Notes under the pieces: model-generated | The model's database searches: none | What the model was told of the DNA's origin: nothing | What the model saw: the letters and a program-made list of their open reading frames with translations, nothing else | DNA from: Octopus bimaculoides | Taxonomy: Eukaryota | Direction of reading: 5' to 3' | Length of the DNA stretch: 41,624 bases | Assembly (NCBI RefSeq): GCF_001194135.2 | Contig: NC_068981.1 | Span: 184,121,450 to 184,163,073, forward strand | Translations under genes and position numbers: made by a program | Shown: positions 22,572-35,400 of the stretch, piece after piece | Position numbering within the stretch: the stretch's first letter is position 1 | How the letters are laid out: each line of letters starts with the position of its first letter

Positions 22572-22987
22572 GGATCTATTTTAAAACGGGGGCCACATTT
22601 TTCATTTATGTTTTTGGTACGGAAAGACTTTCAAACTTAATATACTTATCTATTTTGTGTTATAGAACAGAAAAATATTTTTGTATTCGAATTTATTTCA
22701 TGTAAAAAATTGTCTTATTTCGATAATTTCAACCAATCACTGACAAGTATTCAGTTGTTTACATTTACTCCTTTGGCTGATTAAGCGATGTAAAGCGTAT
22801 TTAATCTCCATACCTTCGTTTTATTTGCTTTTTTCATTTAAAATTTGCTTTAACCCTAACCCTAACCCTAGAGTTAGGGTTAGGGTTAATTGTTTCAGAA
22901 TCGTTTGTTTATGTAGTCGGCACTTAATGTATATCGGCTGAATGGACGTCAGTGATTGGTTGAAATTACAGAAATACGACAACTTTA
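22572..22987. mobile_element. Foldback/MITE element with telomeric-repeat core, copy 2 (right end lost in gap)
   Basis: Same left TIR as copy 1. A 21-bp internal inverted repeat lies at 22724-22744 and 22948-22968. Segment 22873-22987 is identical to 15765-15879. Confidence 0.7.
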
Positions 22988-25309
22988 NNNNNNNNNNNNN
23001 NNNNNNNNNNNNNNNNNNNNNNNNNNNNNNNNNNNNNNNNNNNNNNNNNNNNNNNNNNNNNNNNNNNNNNNNNNNNNNNNNNNNNNNNNNNNNNNNNNNN
23101 NNNNNNNNNNNNNNNNNNNNNNNNNNNNNNNNNNNNNNNNNNNNNNNNNNNNNNNNNNNNNNNNNNNNNNNNNNNNNNNNNNNNNNNNNNNNNNNNNNNN
23201 NNNNNNNNNNNNNNNNNNNNNNNNNNNNNNNNNNNNNNNNNNNNNNNNNNNNNNNNNNNNNNNNNNNNNNNNNNNNNNNNNNNNNNNNNNNNNNNNNNNN
23301 NNNNNNNNNNNNNNNNNNNNNNNNNNNNNNNNNNNNNNNNNNNNNNNNNNNNNNNNNNNNNNNNNNNNNNCCTATCCCTAATCCTAAACACATGTATTCA
23401 TTTGCGCGTGCGCGCGCAATTTTTGTAGGATCGACCACTCACGACTAGCTAGCGCGGGTGCGCGTTCGGGACTACTCTGCTTTAGTAGTACCCAAGACTT
23501 TAAACAATAAGTACTGACAGCGATTCGTTCGATTAAAAAAAAAAAACCCTTCAAGGCAATGGCCGTAGTCCAATGACTGAAACAAGTAAAAGATAAAGGA
23601 TAAATATAACCAGTCGAAAACATATAAGAACAACTTGGATGATATGCTGTCTAGTTTGTATAAGTCCAATTTAGTATATTAATGAAATCAAAAACAATCG
23701 AAACCAATGGAGTTTGCTTCCTCTATCAAAACCAATTTACACTCTAAATCTAATATAAATTAAATACTTATAGACACAAAGAATTACATTCACTTATAAT
23801 CGAGAAGTGGTATCTAACAGCTTTTTGGATATGCTTCAATTGCAATGCGCGGACTCCGATGATGATAGTATTTAAGGTCGTTTAACTTTTTCAATCGATC
23901 GATCGTTCAAGACTGAGTGAAACCATGAACAAACCTATAATGTACCTCAGGATCAGCTATTAAGATGCACGAATAAAGAATTATGTAAAACCCATTATTC
24001 ATGCTCCTTCTTATATATATACATATATATGCATTAGTAAAATTATATTCAGGTAGAAACCTTGTACGAAGGATGCTGTGTAAAGATCGTTCAGTTTTTG
24101 GTTACCTGAGTATACAGTCAACAGATGAGATTCAGAGATTCTCGATTAGCGCTCAGATGATTCGAACTAAGACTCCGATGTCTTTACGGGGGACCAATTC
24201 TGTGGGGGTAAAGATGTGGCTATAAAAGTAATCAAGGTAAGCAGATATGGAAGCAATTATGCGGATAAATATAATTAATTTATCCTCATAATTTTGTATA
24301 TTAAACCAAAGTTATATTTAATTTCTTTATCCGCATAATTGCATATATATATATATATATATATAAAGGAGAGAAAGAGAGAGAGAGAGAGAGAGCAATT
24401 TAAAACGATAAAAACTGTTACCATTTTTCGTTTATAACTACAAACGTACAACCGTTAAGCTCTACAATACACCTCTTTTATTATTCTAGAAGTTAACTTT
24501 CTTTCTCGATCGTTTCATTTTAACCCTGACACAACTATACACAATAGTTGCAAGTAAAATCTGAGTCAGGCTGAGAAAGAGAGTGGGAGGGAGACAGTCG
24601 TTTCATAGTGACACGCGTTGAAGATATGTATACCAAACACAACAATGGCAGGACTATTTCAAACATAACTGAATACAAAAGGAACTGAGTAGTCCACTCA
24701 CACAAACATAAACGTTCATAGTCATTACTCCATTATTGGCAACAGGACCACCGAAATGGATTAGTTTTTAAGCTACCGTATTCGTTAGAGGCATGACAAA
24801 TAAGCTGTCGTGAGACAAATAGAGGGGGAGCAAGATGAAAAGTTAAAGTATGATGGAGTAGAAAACACAGGAGCGGCTGATGTGGGTTTAAAGAAAACTG
24901 CCGTTGAATAGCGAGTCACAAATGACAAGTCAGAATTTAACAAAAGGCTTGTGTTAAAGTTTTACTAATTAGTGATTCCCAAGATTCAACATAATTTAGC
25001 CCTACAAGTCTTGGTGCTATTAGAAAATAAATTTCTAACAAGCTGAAACCAAAACTAGAATTTCAATTCCCGATTGAGGCCATTTTAATTCATTTTTGCC
25101 TCTTTGGTCCTTGAGAAAATCATGAACATTTTCATAATGAAAGAGTTCGAGTCGATGTAAGAAATAATTTGCTCCTCGTAATATATTTAATACATTTTAA
25201 TGATTTGAAACGGAAAATCGTCAACTTAAAATTATTGAAGTTTGAGTTCTGGATTTCATACTGGTCAACAATTTCAGGGGAACAAATTCAGGGGAATAAA
25301 GAGTTCCCA

Positions 25310-25665
25310 GACGGATGCATGGTTAGGGGTTCCGAAGCTCGCCTTGCAACCACGAGGTTTCGGGTTCAGTCCCACCGCATGGTACTTAGGGCATGTGTGT
25401 TCTACTTATAACCCCGAGTTAACCAATGACTTCTGAGTGAATCTGGTAGACGGAAACTGTGTGGAAGCTCTATGTGCGTATCTTTGTGTTTGTAGTTGTC
25501 CTCTACCTACACCACTTGATAACCGGTATTGGCTTGTTTACGTTCCATAACATAGCGGTTCTGCAAAAGAAACCAACAGCACAAGTACCAGACTTTAAAA
25601 AAAGTAAGTACTAGGATTGATTTGATCGATTAACTTTTCATGGCGGTGCCCCAGCATGACTGGAA
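25310..25665 (+). mobile_element. SINE family B (degenerate)
   Basis: gggttcagtcccaccgcatggtac...ggtagacggaaactg...ggcggtgccccagcatg. Confidence 0.75.
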
Positions 25666-27721
25666 CATATTTAAAAGAGAGCATACCATCCTTAATTTAA
25701 ACGTCATTTCATTATTTAATAGGATTCGAATGAGGAAAAAAAAACAACTCCCTTATTAGTTTTCTAGTTTGTCATCTGATTGCCGCTCCCTGATATATAA
25801 CGTCACAGAAATCAGAATCTAGATGTTGAACTATAAACTAACTTTGGTGTACCAGTAAGATCCGTATATCATCGGTAATCTTGCTTAAGCAAAGTCATAC
25901 GTCAACGTCTTTTAAGTTGACAAAATTAACAAACATAGAGAGTTTTTACTTCTTTGTCACGTTTTCCAGGGATTCAAAGATTGACGAATTGTTTGAGGTT
26001 GAAGAATCATTTGAATTTGATGATAGTTTGGGTTTGGAAACTGCTACTGTTGTTGTTTCTTCTTTCAAGTGGAGTACTTCAATATTACCCTTTCACTCTA
26101 TACTGCTTCCCTAGTCTTTTTTACCCCCACTAAAAGCAGCACTATTTTCTTTTGTTCTCCTTATCCAAGAGCTAGATTTATAGACTAATAAAATAGTTAT
26201 TAGTCAAATAATTAATTTCTCGAATATCTAGCACAGAAAAAAATTATAAAGTTGCTTCTTGTGGTTGACTTTTAACTCACTAATCGAAAAATAAACAGAA
26301 ATTGTTTCGACATCAATTAAGGAATGAGATACAAACGAAAAATCTTCAAGCTCTATGAAGATTCAAGTCGGGTTTCAATCCTCAATCTCGAATCAGGAAC
26401 GATGGAATAATAAAATCCCTCACATAACATCTAAGTGGAGAAATAAAGTCACTCTGTAAGCTTCAAGATAAGTCACAGAAACTAACTTTAATCCTGTCAA
26501 ATATTAGGCCTAATGAACTTCGCAATACAACGTGTCAATATTTTTTATCGTTTAGTCAAGAGGAAAGGGTTAATACCCCATGGCTTTTTGTTGGCTTTCC
26601 GAGACTGGTTGTGGAAGAGTAAGGAATGTATCTTCAAACAATAGAACTGGCTCCACTTAAGGTGTCCAATGTACCCAGGTGATCGAAGTGAGGCAATTGC
26701 GCGCAGCCGTTTGAATATTCAACATGTTTAACAATATTTTATGACATTGGAAGCACGCACAGAAATATAGAGATACAAAAAATGAAAGGAGTAAGAGAGA
26801 GGGACATTACAATTTATAAACTGAACAAGATAACAAAAACATACGCATAAAGAAAAATATGGTCATACACACAAAGCGAGAGAGAACGAGAGAAACATTT
26901 AAAAACGTCTTATGTCAAATAAGTCAACGTCGAATCAACGATGCCAACTAGGTAGCGCCTTACCTCTCAGTCCCAAGTGGTGGTTAAACTGGGTCACAGA
27001 TTTAATCTACCATCCAGCCACGGTAGGACTTGGATTCAGAACGCAATGAACCAGAACAAATACGCAAAGTATTTCACTCAAAAATCTAACAATTTCGCTG
27101 TTTTTAAAGGATACTTTATCGAATCAGGAGAGTCTACATTAGGGACTTGCAATGATGTACAATAATGAACAAAAAAAATATCTGTCGTTTGACTTAACGT
27201 TTTCTATTACAACCACAAAACATCTAGTATGCCTTTCTGTAAAAATGTTAAAATCAACTTCAGTACTTCATTTCATCAACAAAGGAGAGAGACAAAGGTC
27301 TTCATTACAAACCGATAAAGTAAACTTTCGATGTGGTTGAGCAACCAATCAAGATTCACAGTACNNNNNNNNNNNNNNNNNNNNNNNNNNNNNNNNNNNN
27401 NNNNNNNNNNNNNNNNNNNNNNNNNNNNNNNNNNNNNNNNNNNNNNNNNNNNNNNNNNNNNNNNNNNNNNNNNNNNNNNNNNNNNNNNNNNNNNNNNNNN
27501 NNNNNNNNNNNNNNNNNNNNNNNNNNNNNNNNNNNNNNNNNNNNNNNNNNNNNNNNNNNNNNNNNNNNNNNNNNNNNNNNNNNNNNNNNNNNNNNNNNNN
27601 NNNNNNNNNNNNNNNNNNNNNNNNNNNNNNNNNNNNNNNNNNNNNNNNNNNNNNNNNNNNNNNNNNNNNNNNNNNNNNNNNNNNNNNNNNNNNNNNNNNN
27701 NNNNNNNNNNNNNNNNNNNNN

Positions 27722-28765
27722 TCAAACAAGTTCATTTACTCTCAACACTCTTGCTACAGTCGTTCATCTTTTCCGAAATATTCCATGTGACAGGCATCTC
27801 CTCTCCATCCTATTTTCCTTTTCATATGGAAAAGGAAAAGTTCACCAACCCAAGGCTGGAGATGAAAGTGCCTGTCACGACCCCTTTCACTCTCGTCTTC
27901 CGCACAACCTACTTCGCGATAGCTACTACGCAGAGGAAACAAGCCTGCTCTTCCCTATTGAAGGAAGAGCGGCGGAACAATCTTAATTATAGACTCGGTG
28001 GACAGTTTTACTCTTCTCAGATGAGAACAACAGTTGGTCGACATAAACCCAAAATTCCGATTACTTCGAACATTGTACAATTGCGTGCAGGACAGTTTCA
28101 TTGCCTTGACCGCATCTTGGACAAGTTGGCGTGACTGAAACATTATGCCTAAAGAGTTTGTCCCGAATAGGTAAGGCACCTCTGTAACACTGCCCAGCAG
28201 AGACTTTTGGAAAGTGTTCAAAGGCCCTCGCCCGAATGTTCTTCGGTACAAGCTGGCGAGTTGACTTGTCATCGAAGCCCAGGGTTTCTCCCAGGGCGTC
28301 GTTACATTTCAACTCTACTAACCCTCTATAAAAGGACGAGGTGGAACCCCCGCCGCCGGCGTTGCCCGCTTTGGAGAGAAGCACGAGTGCCTGACGACAC
28401 TGCGTGCCAAGCTCCCAACTGCGGTCTACGCTTAATCCATGGGTCCAGTTCAGTAAACGAGGTGAACTGTGGAAACAACTGTCTGACGAACAGAGACCAC
28501 ACCTGCACACCGTCCAAGTAGAGCCAGATGCCTCAGCCTCAGCGCATGACTGCGCATTTTTAGCCACGGTATTCCTAACCCACTCTTCAGCGATTGCTGG
28601 CAGCAGATAGAGCGCCTTACAAGGTGTCCTGCCCTGTCACAAAAAAGCGAAAGAGCATACGTTCCAACTTGATCAGCCACGAATCGGAGCAAGGCACGAC
28701 GGTCAGATGAACACACCTGCTACCTCCACCCTCCCTTTCAGGGATAGCTTCCGCTCAGACCAGGT
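27722..28765 (-). mobile_element. Tx1/L1-clade non-LTR retrotransposon ORF2 3' relic (post-RT region plus zf-RVT-like zinc finger), frameshifted
   Basis: Minus-strand pieces read WSERKLSLKGRVEV, RRSICCQQSLKSGLGIPWL..R.HALRLRHL, WQCYRGALPIRDKL and TPTCPRCGQGNETVLHAIVQC (CxxC..HxxxxC). GC content is elevated. The 3' end runs into the gap at 27365-27721. Confidence 0.85.
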
Positions 28766-28894
28766 CTGAGTTAGGAGAGCAATACGTGAAATGAAGTATT
28801 TTGCTCAAGAACACAACGCAGAGCCGGTTTGGGAGTAGAAACTACGATCTCGTGAGCGTGAGTGCAACACCCGAACCACTAGGCCACGCGCCTC
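28763..28894 (-). mobile_element. Family C SINE head and body, directly fused to the Tx1/L1 relic
   Basis: Minus strand reads gaggcgcgtggcctagtggttcggg...gcgttgtgttcttgagcaaaatacttcatttcacg...actcag and then runs straight into L1 ORF2 sequence. Confidence 0.75.
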
Positions 28895-29119
28895 AATTTC
28901 AACAAAAACCTTCTTCTCCAACAATAAAAAATACACACTATTGTAGACGACTTCATTTATTTTATTGCTGTATAGCTGACCGAGCAGACCTATTCGTCTA
29001 TATTATATTTTTATTAAGATACTGTGTTATCAAAAGCTCTCTTTCTAATCTCCTCCACACTTGCTGTCCTGACTGTTCATCACTTTAAGTCCCGCTTGGG
29101 CACGATTTGCATTCATCAC

Positions 29120-29600
29120 GCCGAGATCGATAAAATAAAGTATCAGTCAAGTATTGTAGTCGATCTATAATCGATTATCCCAAAATTTCTGGCCTTCTAT
29201 CAATGTAAGAAATCATCAGTAAGACGGCGAGCTGGCAGAATCGTTAGCACACTGGACAAAATGCTTAGCGGCATTTTGTCCGTCTTTACGTTCTGAGTTC
29301 AAATACCGTCAAGATCGACTTTGCCTTTCATCCTTTCGGAGTTTATAAAATAAAGTATCAATTAAGCATTGGGATCGATGTATACATGTAGCCACCACCC
29401 TCCCCTTATAATCGATGACCTTGTGCCAAAGTTAGAAAAACTAACTATGGCGATAGATTGGCAGAATCGTTACAGCGTCGGAAAAAAATGCTTTGCTGTA
29501 TTTCTCTTCTTGTTCTTTAAGTTCTGAGTTCAAATCTTGCTGAAGTCAACTTTGCCTTTCGGAGTCGATGTAATCGTCTAAGTCCTCCTCTCAACATTAC
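29120..29600 (+). mobile_element. Three tandem family A SINE pieces
   Basis: Repeated ggcagaatcgtt...gagttcaaat...gactttgcc motifs. Confidence 0.75.
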
Positions 29601-30609
29601 CGGTCTCAATATCTCACTAGTTACCACTACCATTTCCATTATCATCATGGATGACCCAATACAAGATGGACAACGTGGGTGACTGCGAAAAATAACAGGT
29701 CAAATATCCCTCGATTCACATTTTACCTTACTAAAAATGGAAAGACACACGACAACAGAGAGCTTTCAGTATATTGCAATCTGAATGAAAGGCGAGATGG
29801 GCACGACTGGAAAATCTCTGATCATGAATAAATCCAGTCTATCAGGACTGACTCTATGAACCGACAATAGCATACATTGACACACGCTAGCTACGTGTTA
29901 AAGCTGTCATTTCATTCACACGAGCCTGTTCGCATTTCTTTTTTCAAATTTTCCGCGTTTTCCCACACCATCTTTTCACTAATAATCGTTGCTACAAAGA
30001 CTACTCTGCTGCCACCTTGATAAACTAAAAAGAAAGCATTGAAAGGGAAAAGCGATGATATAACGCCAGTAAGATAAACACATGACAAAAGCTACCTTGT
30101 CACACACACCCATAACAAGTTATTTCTAGAATTCCCTTTTCTTATCCTTCCTCCTTTTCACGCTTTTTTTCTTATAAAGAGACAGCCAACAAACAACGGT
30201 CTGAATAAATTACCTTATATACCAGCATTTCCATTTTCTCATTCATTCATACACATTCGTGATTGTTTAACTTCAACACTAACACATGGATGTGAATATG
30301 TCTACACAAACATATACACATATTTTGTATGTATGTATATGTGAATACACGTGTATAATATATATACATACATAACATACATATATACATCGTCCTGACG
30401 TTCCACTGCAACTCCCACCTTGCTCCTCTACCTTTCTTGCAGGTGTTAACATACGACAATTTAAGCCGAACATTAACAGCATCAATCTCACGAGGGAGCG
30501 GGGGGTCACCGAGAGCCATGGGCCCTGCTCCTTCTGGCAGACCCAATAAATTTATATATACATATAAATATGCATTTATATGCATATTTATACATCTACA
30601 CACACACAC

Positions 30610-31385
30610 ATGGTTAGCACGCCGAACAAAATGTTTAGTAGCATTTCGTCTGTCTTTGGGTTCAAATTCAGCAGAGGTCGATTTTGCTTTTCATCCTTCC
30701 GAGGTCTAAGTACTGGGGGTCGATGTGACCGACTATCCCCACCCATATCTACGCACAGATAATATATGCCTATTACATATCTCACACACACCCGGCGCGT
30801 TTGCAATGAAGACTTTTAATGCTATAATGTATTGACAATCAACTGCAACTAACCCTGAAGCGTGTAAATTGAACCAAATAAAATACATCGAACAACAGTA
30901 AATAACTGTCATTTTATATATCATAACCGTGAAACAGAAAAAAGAATCAGCTGGACCGGTTTCAATATTTGAGATTTCATCAATAACTGACAGCTCTTCG
31001 ATTTGACACTGAAAATTTCTACAAATTCAGTTTTTCAGGCCAATTATGAAATTCCCCCGTTTTTGGCGAAATTGATAAGGGTTTTAGATTTAGGAATAAG
31101 GTTAATAATGTTGAGGGGAAGGTAATTGACCAGTAGTTTGCTTTTAACGACTCGAAAGGATGAACAGCAAAATTGACCACGACAGGATTTGAACTCAGAC
31201 CGTAAAACATTTTCCGACATTTTATTGATTCTGCCACCTTGTCGCCTTTCAATTATTTCACTTCTGGAGACATGAAGAGGCTGCGAGCTGGCAGAATCGT
31301 TAGTACACTAGCCAAAAAATGCCTATCGGTATTTCGTCCAGCTCTTTACGTTCTGAGTTCAAATTCTGCTGAGATCGACTTTTCA
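30610..31385. mobile_element. Family A SINE fragments (plus 30610-30745; minus 31100-31255; plus 31280-31385)
   Basis: Core motif matches. Confidence 0.7.
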
Positions 31386-31678
31386 ACTGTGTGAATATGT
31401 GTATGTAAAAGTGAGGCTATGTGAATGTGTGTGTGTGTGCGTGCGCAATGGTCCCACTCTTCTCTGTGTTTCCTTCACGTACATTCCGCTGCTATTTTTT
31501 GCAACCAATCACGCCACGTCTCCGTTCATTGCATGTGTGCACAATCGTTAATTCTTTCCTTTTTTTTTTTTTTAGAATTATTACGTCGAAAAGAATTACG
31601 AAGCAAACAAATCGGAGGAGATACAAGTACCATGATTTATTGCGCTTCGATTTTATATTTCGGTAATGTCTTTATTAT

Positions 31679-31925
31679 GGAGGCGCGTGGCTTAGTGTCA
31701 ACACCAGGATCGTAAGATTGTGGTTTCGATTCCTGGACCGGGCGACGCGTTGCGTTCTTGAGCAAAACATTTCATTTCACGTTGCTCCAGTCCACTCAGG
31801 TGGCAAAAAATGAGTAACGCTGCGATGGGCTGGCGTCCCGTCCAGCTGGGGAATACATACGCCATTGAAATCGGGAAACCGGGCCCATGAGCCTGGCTAG
31901 GCTTTAAAAAAATGGCGCATTTATT
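31679..31925 (+). mobile_element. tRNA-derived SINE (family C head and body, third tail type)
   Basis: ggaggcgcgtggcttagtg...ggtttcgattcc followed by gttgcgttcttgagcaaaacatttcatttcacgttgctccagtccactcag. Confidence 0.75.
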
Positions 31926-32089
31926 TTTAATGTCTTTATTGAAGCCATTACTGCAAAACATACGGGGGAGGGGCAGTGTGTTCCTGATTTTAACTAGACA
32001 ACAGGTCGTTTCCACACTATTGATTAAATGTATCTCAGCAAGATGTGGCAAGGTTAAAGCGCCCCACAACAAAACTATCAAACACGCAC

Positions 32090-32460
32090 CTTTTATCTAT
32101 TGTTTCAGTCATTTGACTGCAGCTATAGTGGAGTACCGTTTTAAAGGGGCTTTAGTTGACCAAATCGACACTAGTACTTACTTCTTTTTTTAAAGTCTAG
32201 TACTTATTTATCATTTCTTTTTGCCAAACCGCTAAGTTACGGGAACGTAAACAAACCCATTGTTAACTGGGTGGGTGGATGAACACAAAGATACACACGT
32301 ATGCAATGTATAGATTACGGGCTTCTACAGTTCGTCAACCAAATTCTCTCAACCAGGGTTGAGTAGAAGACACATGACCAAGATGCCGCGTAGTGGGACT
32401 GAACCCGAAACCACATGGTCGCAAAGCGAGCTTTCTAACCACACAGCCATGCCTACGCCT
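32090..32460 (-). mobile_element. SINE family B
   Basis: tgtttcagtcatttgactgc...gcgtagtgggactgaacccgaaaccacatgg...accacacagccatgcct. Confidence 0.8.
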
Positions 32461-35400
32461 ATACGTGTGTAAACACACTATCAGTGAGGCATAAATATTT
32501 TATATTTTAGTATATTAAATTAAACACATTTTGCAGCTTGCGAGAGGAAGTCCTGAAATAATAGTAACATGTTTAGTTTGAAGAGAACTTGAGAAGTTAA
32601 TGGATAACACCAGGTGACGAAGACAAAAAATAAATTTAAGGGGACGTGAAGTGAAATGGTAAAAAGAAAATTGAGACGTATTATAAATTACTTGCTGGCA
32701 TGTTAGTAGCATTTTTTTGTTTCAAAGCTATATTTTTATACGACAGAGTATATCTATAGATTTTAACCAACACTGATGTAATCTCTGTACGCATGTTGTT
32801 TCTCGATACAATAAACGTCAGAGGCAGAAGATAATGTATTATCCTGAAATTAAACATTATTGTACACTTGTAACTTATTGATCAAACTAGCTGTCGAGAG
32901 AGCATTATGATATGCAAATCGGCCTACTCAACTTATTTAAACCCTTGCTAATAGTGGGTTTATGTGTCTCTGTGGATAGGTAAAGAGAGTACTCAGTTGC
33001 TGATGGAATCCCAACAGGCTAATCGCTCTTTTTCTTGTCTGCGAAGATATTTTAAGTACGGACAAAGTATGTGCTACATAATGTTGACTAAAATCTACTG
33101 ATATACTCTGCAGTACCGTCGAAAAGGTAAAGTAAATGGCTCAGAAATACACAAGCTCAGTTTTTAACGGTTCCTTTCTCATTTTGATACATACGCGAAA
33201 TACAAACTCTTGCAAAGATTACGATTCTTATATCAGAATGGGAAAGTAATGTCACTAACCCACATACAATTATCCAAACGCACAACTTATATATTCATCC
33301 AAAATCGTTTTACTCTTTGTAAAATAGTGTGACCAGATAGGCGAAGTAAAAAATTTGAACTAGACGAATACCAGAAAGGAAACTCAGATTAAATTTCGTT
33401 CTGTGATATTGTTAATGAAATTCCATTCCTATACTTCCACAGCTTTCACACTGAAATGCTTTGCCAGTTGCGTATAGTAATATTCAGCGACATACATAAA
33501 AGTTACATAGATGTCTTTAAGTACATTTCCTTTCGAAACAATTCTAGAAACATTAACGGTCTGTCCAAGCATATTTCAATATAGTCGTCATCTGAACAAA
33601 CTTAAATGTTAATGCACATGTATATTTAATGCCACAATTACTCGACCGAGGAAAGTTAACACGGTAATCCCAGGATTTGTCTATGTGTGGTATGTGTATA
33701 TTACTTCCTGTAATGTGCAAACATTACACACATATCACAAAGCAAATACCATGTTATTTCTTCAAAAGAAACCGCCTAAACTCTAAGAAACCGTTGAAAA
33801 AGGATGCTTAGCTTGATTTTTCACACATCCTCCCACCATTATTATTTCTTCACTGTATCCACTGAAGGTAGACAGAGGGAAGGGCGTCATTTTTTTTTTT
33901 TACTCAAAGGGGAGACGCTGTCTTGAAATTTCTAATCTTTTTACCGCCTTTTCATATACAACCATTGACAGAAAACTGAGACTAGCTTAACATTTATTAT
34001 ACTATTCATGCATTTGTATGTATGAATATTTAAATTATATTTGCGAATATTAAAAATTATATGTATTGCAGAGATGGGAGAAAGGGATATTTTATGAGAA
34101 GGCGGGAGAGGGGACTGTTAGATTATATTTCACCCACACACATACTGGTGTAGGGTGCAAGTGGGCGAGGTTAATGGTACGTTTGAATTCTTGCAAGAGA
34201 GAAGGTGAGCAGACATACAATCAAAGGTGTGCTATCAGTGATTATCCCATCGTATTTCTATGGCTACATTATTCAAGTATGTCCATTCTAAGAAGAGGGT
34301 ATAAAGGGTTTAATTGGATAGTGTTTTCCTAGATATGATTCACGGTGAGTAATGACAGAATAGGTAGATTCAGATGGCAGAACAGAGTCTGCAATTCAGA
34401 AAAATAGAGACTATTTTTGTAATATGTTGTTCTTGGCCGCGGGTAAAATTTCGCCTGCATTCAAATCTGACGAATCCATCTGGGAAAAACAGAAATGGTT
34501 TAAATCTAAAGACTAAAACCATAATTTTAAAAAATTGCATTCCTATGAGTTAATCAAACTGTAGGTTATTTTTCACAACACAGATAATTTTACACTTGTT
34601 CTTAAATACTAACATTTTACTCTTAGTAAGAAAAAGATTCCCCCACTCCTGTTGCAATGCAAAACAAGAAGAAAAAAAAGCTATTTAATTGATAACTTAT
34701 TTCATCCACCTTCAATATGAGAAGAAAAAAAGCAGAGTCGATCTTGATATCATTTCAACTCACAAAATTTGAATACAAAAATGGATGTTGCATAAGATTT
34801 CTTATTTGCTATTGAGAACACAAAATAATTGGCAATTTGTATGGAATATAATTCCCTCTGCGGAAAACATGATTTCTGTATAAGCTCTTACTGGTCTCAC
34901 GGTGACTTGATTTTACATCAAGTCTCATTAGGTTTGGATAGAAGTGACAGCATCAGAAGGGCTTTATATATGGTAAAGGGAGATACACACACACATAAAA
35001 TCTCAGTTGATACTCTTGGGGAGACATTATCATTATAATTTTTAATAACTTTGCTTATACAATATGAGATTTAGCATAATAAATAGCATCGCAGACTGCA
35101 AAAACGTCCTTAGAAATTTAGGAAACCTTCAACAAAGACTAAAAGAGTATGTAACTTGAAGAGGCTTGAATTTGGAGGCCTCACGAGATTTTCTAGAAAA
35201 TGATGTTGATCAGCTTCTTCAAAATCGGTTGCTTTGTTCTGTGATGTGTATTCTCTCTAAATTTTTTAATTCAGAGTAACAAGTTTTCTTCAAAACAGAG
35301 GTTTGAGTGCCTCGATCTTTAGAAAATCGTTTGTTTCGCGAAAAAAGTTTGGGAATTACAGTATTAAGTTAAGTTATATATTTTCGTTTCTTTGTAATTT

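Noticed and set aside
22850-22889. TTAGGG repeats as a true telomere or ancient chromosome fusion site
   Set aside because: Only 2-3 units per arm, embedded in a TIR element present twice in the window.
25881-26114. Exon-like segment (plus-strand acceptor ttttccag at 25969; minus-strand Ser/Asn-rich frame ending in TAA)
   Set aside because: The minus frame is closed by an upstream TGA and has no acceptor. The plus frame has no recognisable protein. Evidence is insufficient.
30437-30550. Plus-strand polypyrimidine acceptor (ctttcttgcag) followed by a short GC-rich open frame
   Set aside because: No donor is present, the frame runs into microsatellite, and no protein is recognisable; it may be a transposon remnant.
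34060-34400. Several splice-like motifs on both strands, including a possible 12-nt plus-strand microexon atatgattcacg|gtgagt
   Set aside because: Such motifs are expected by chance in 40 kb, and no coherent gene model links them.
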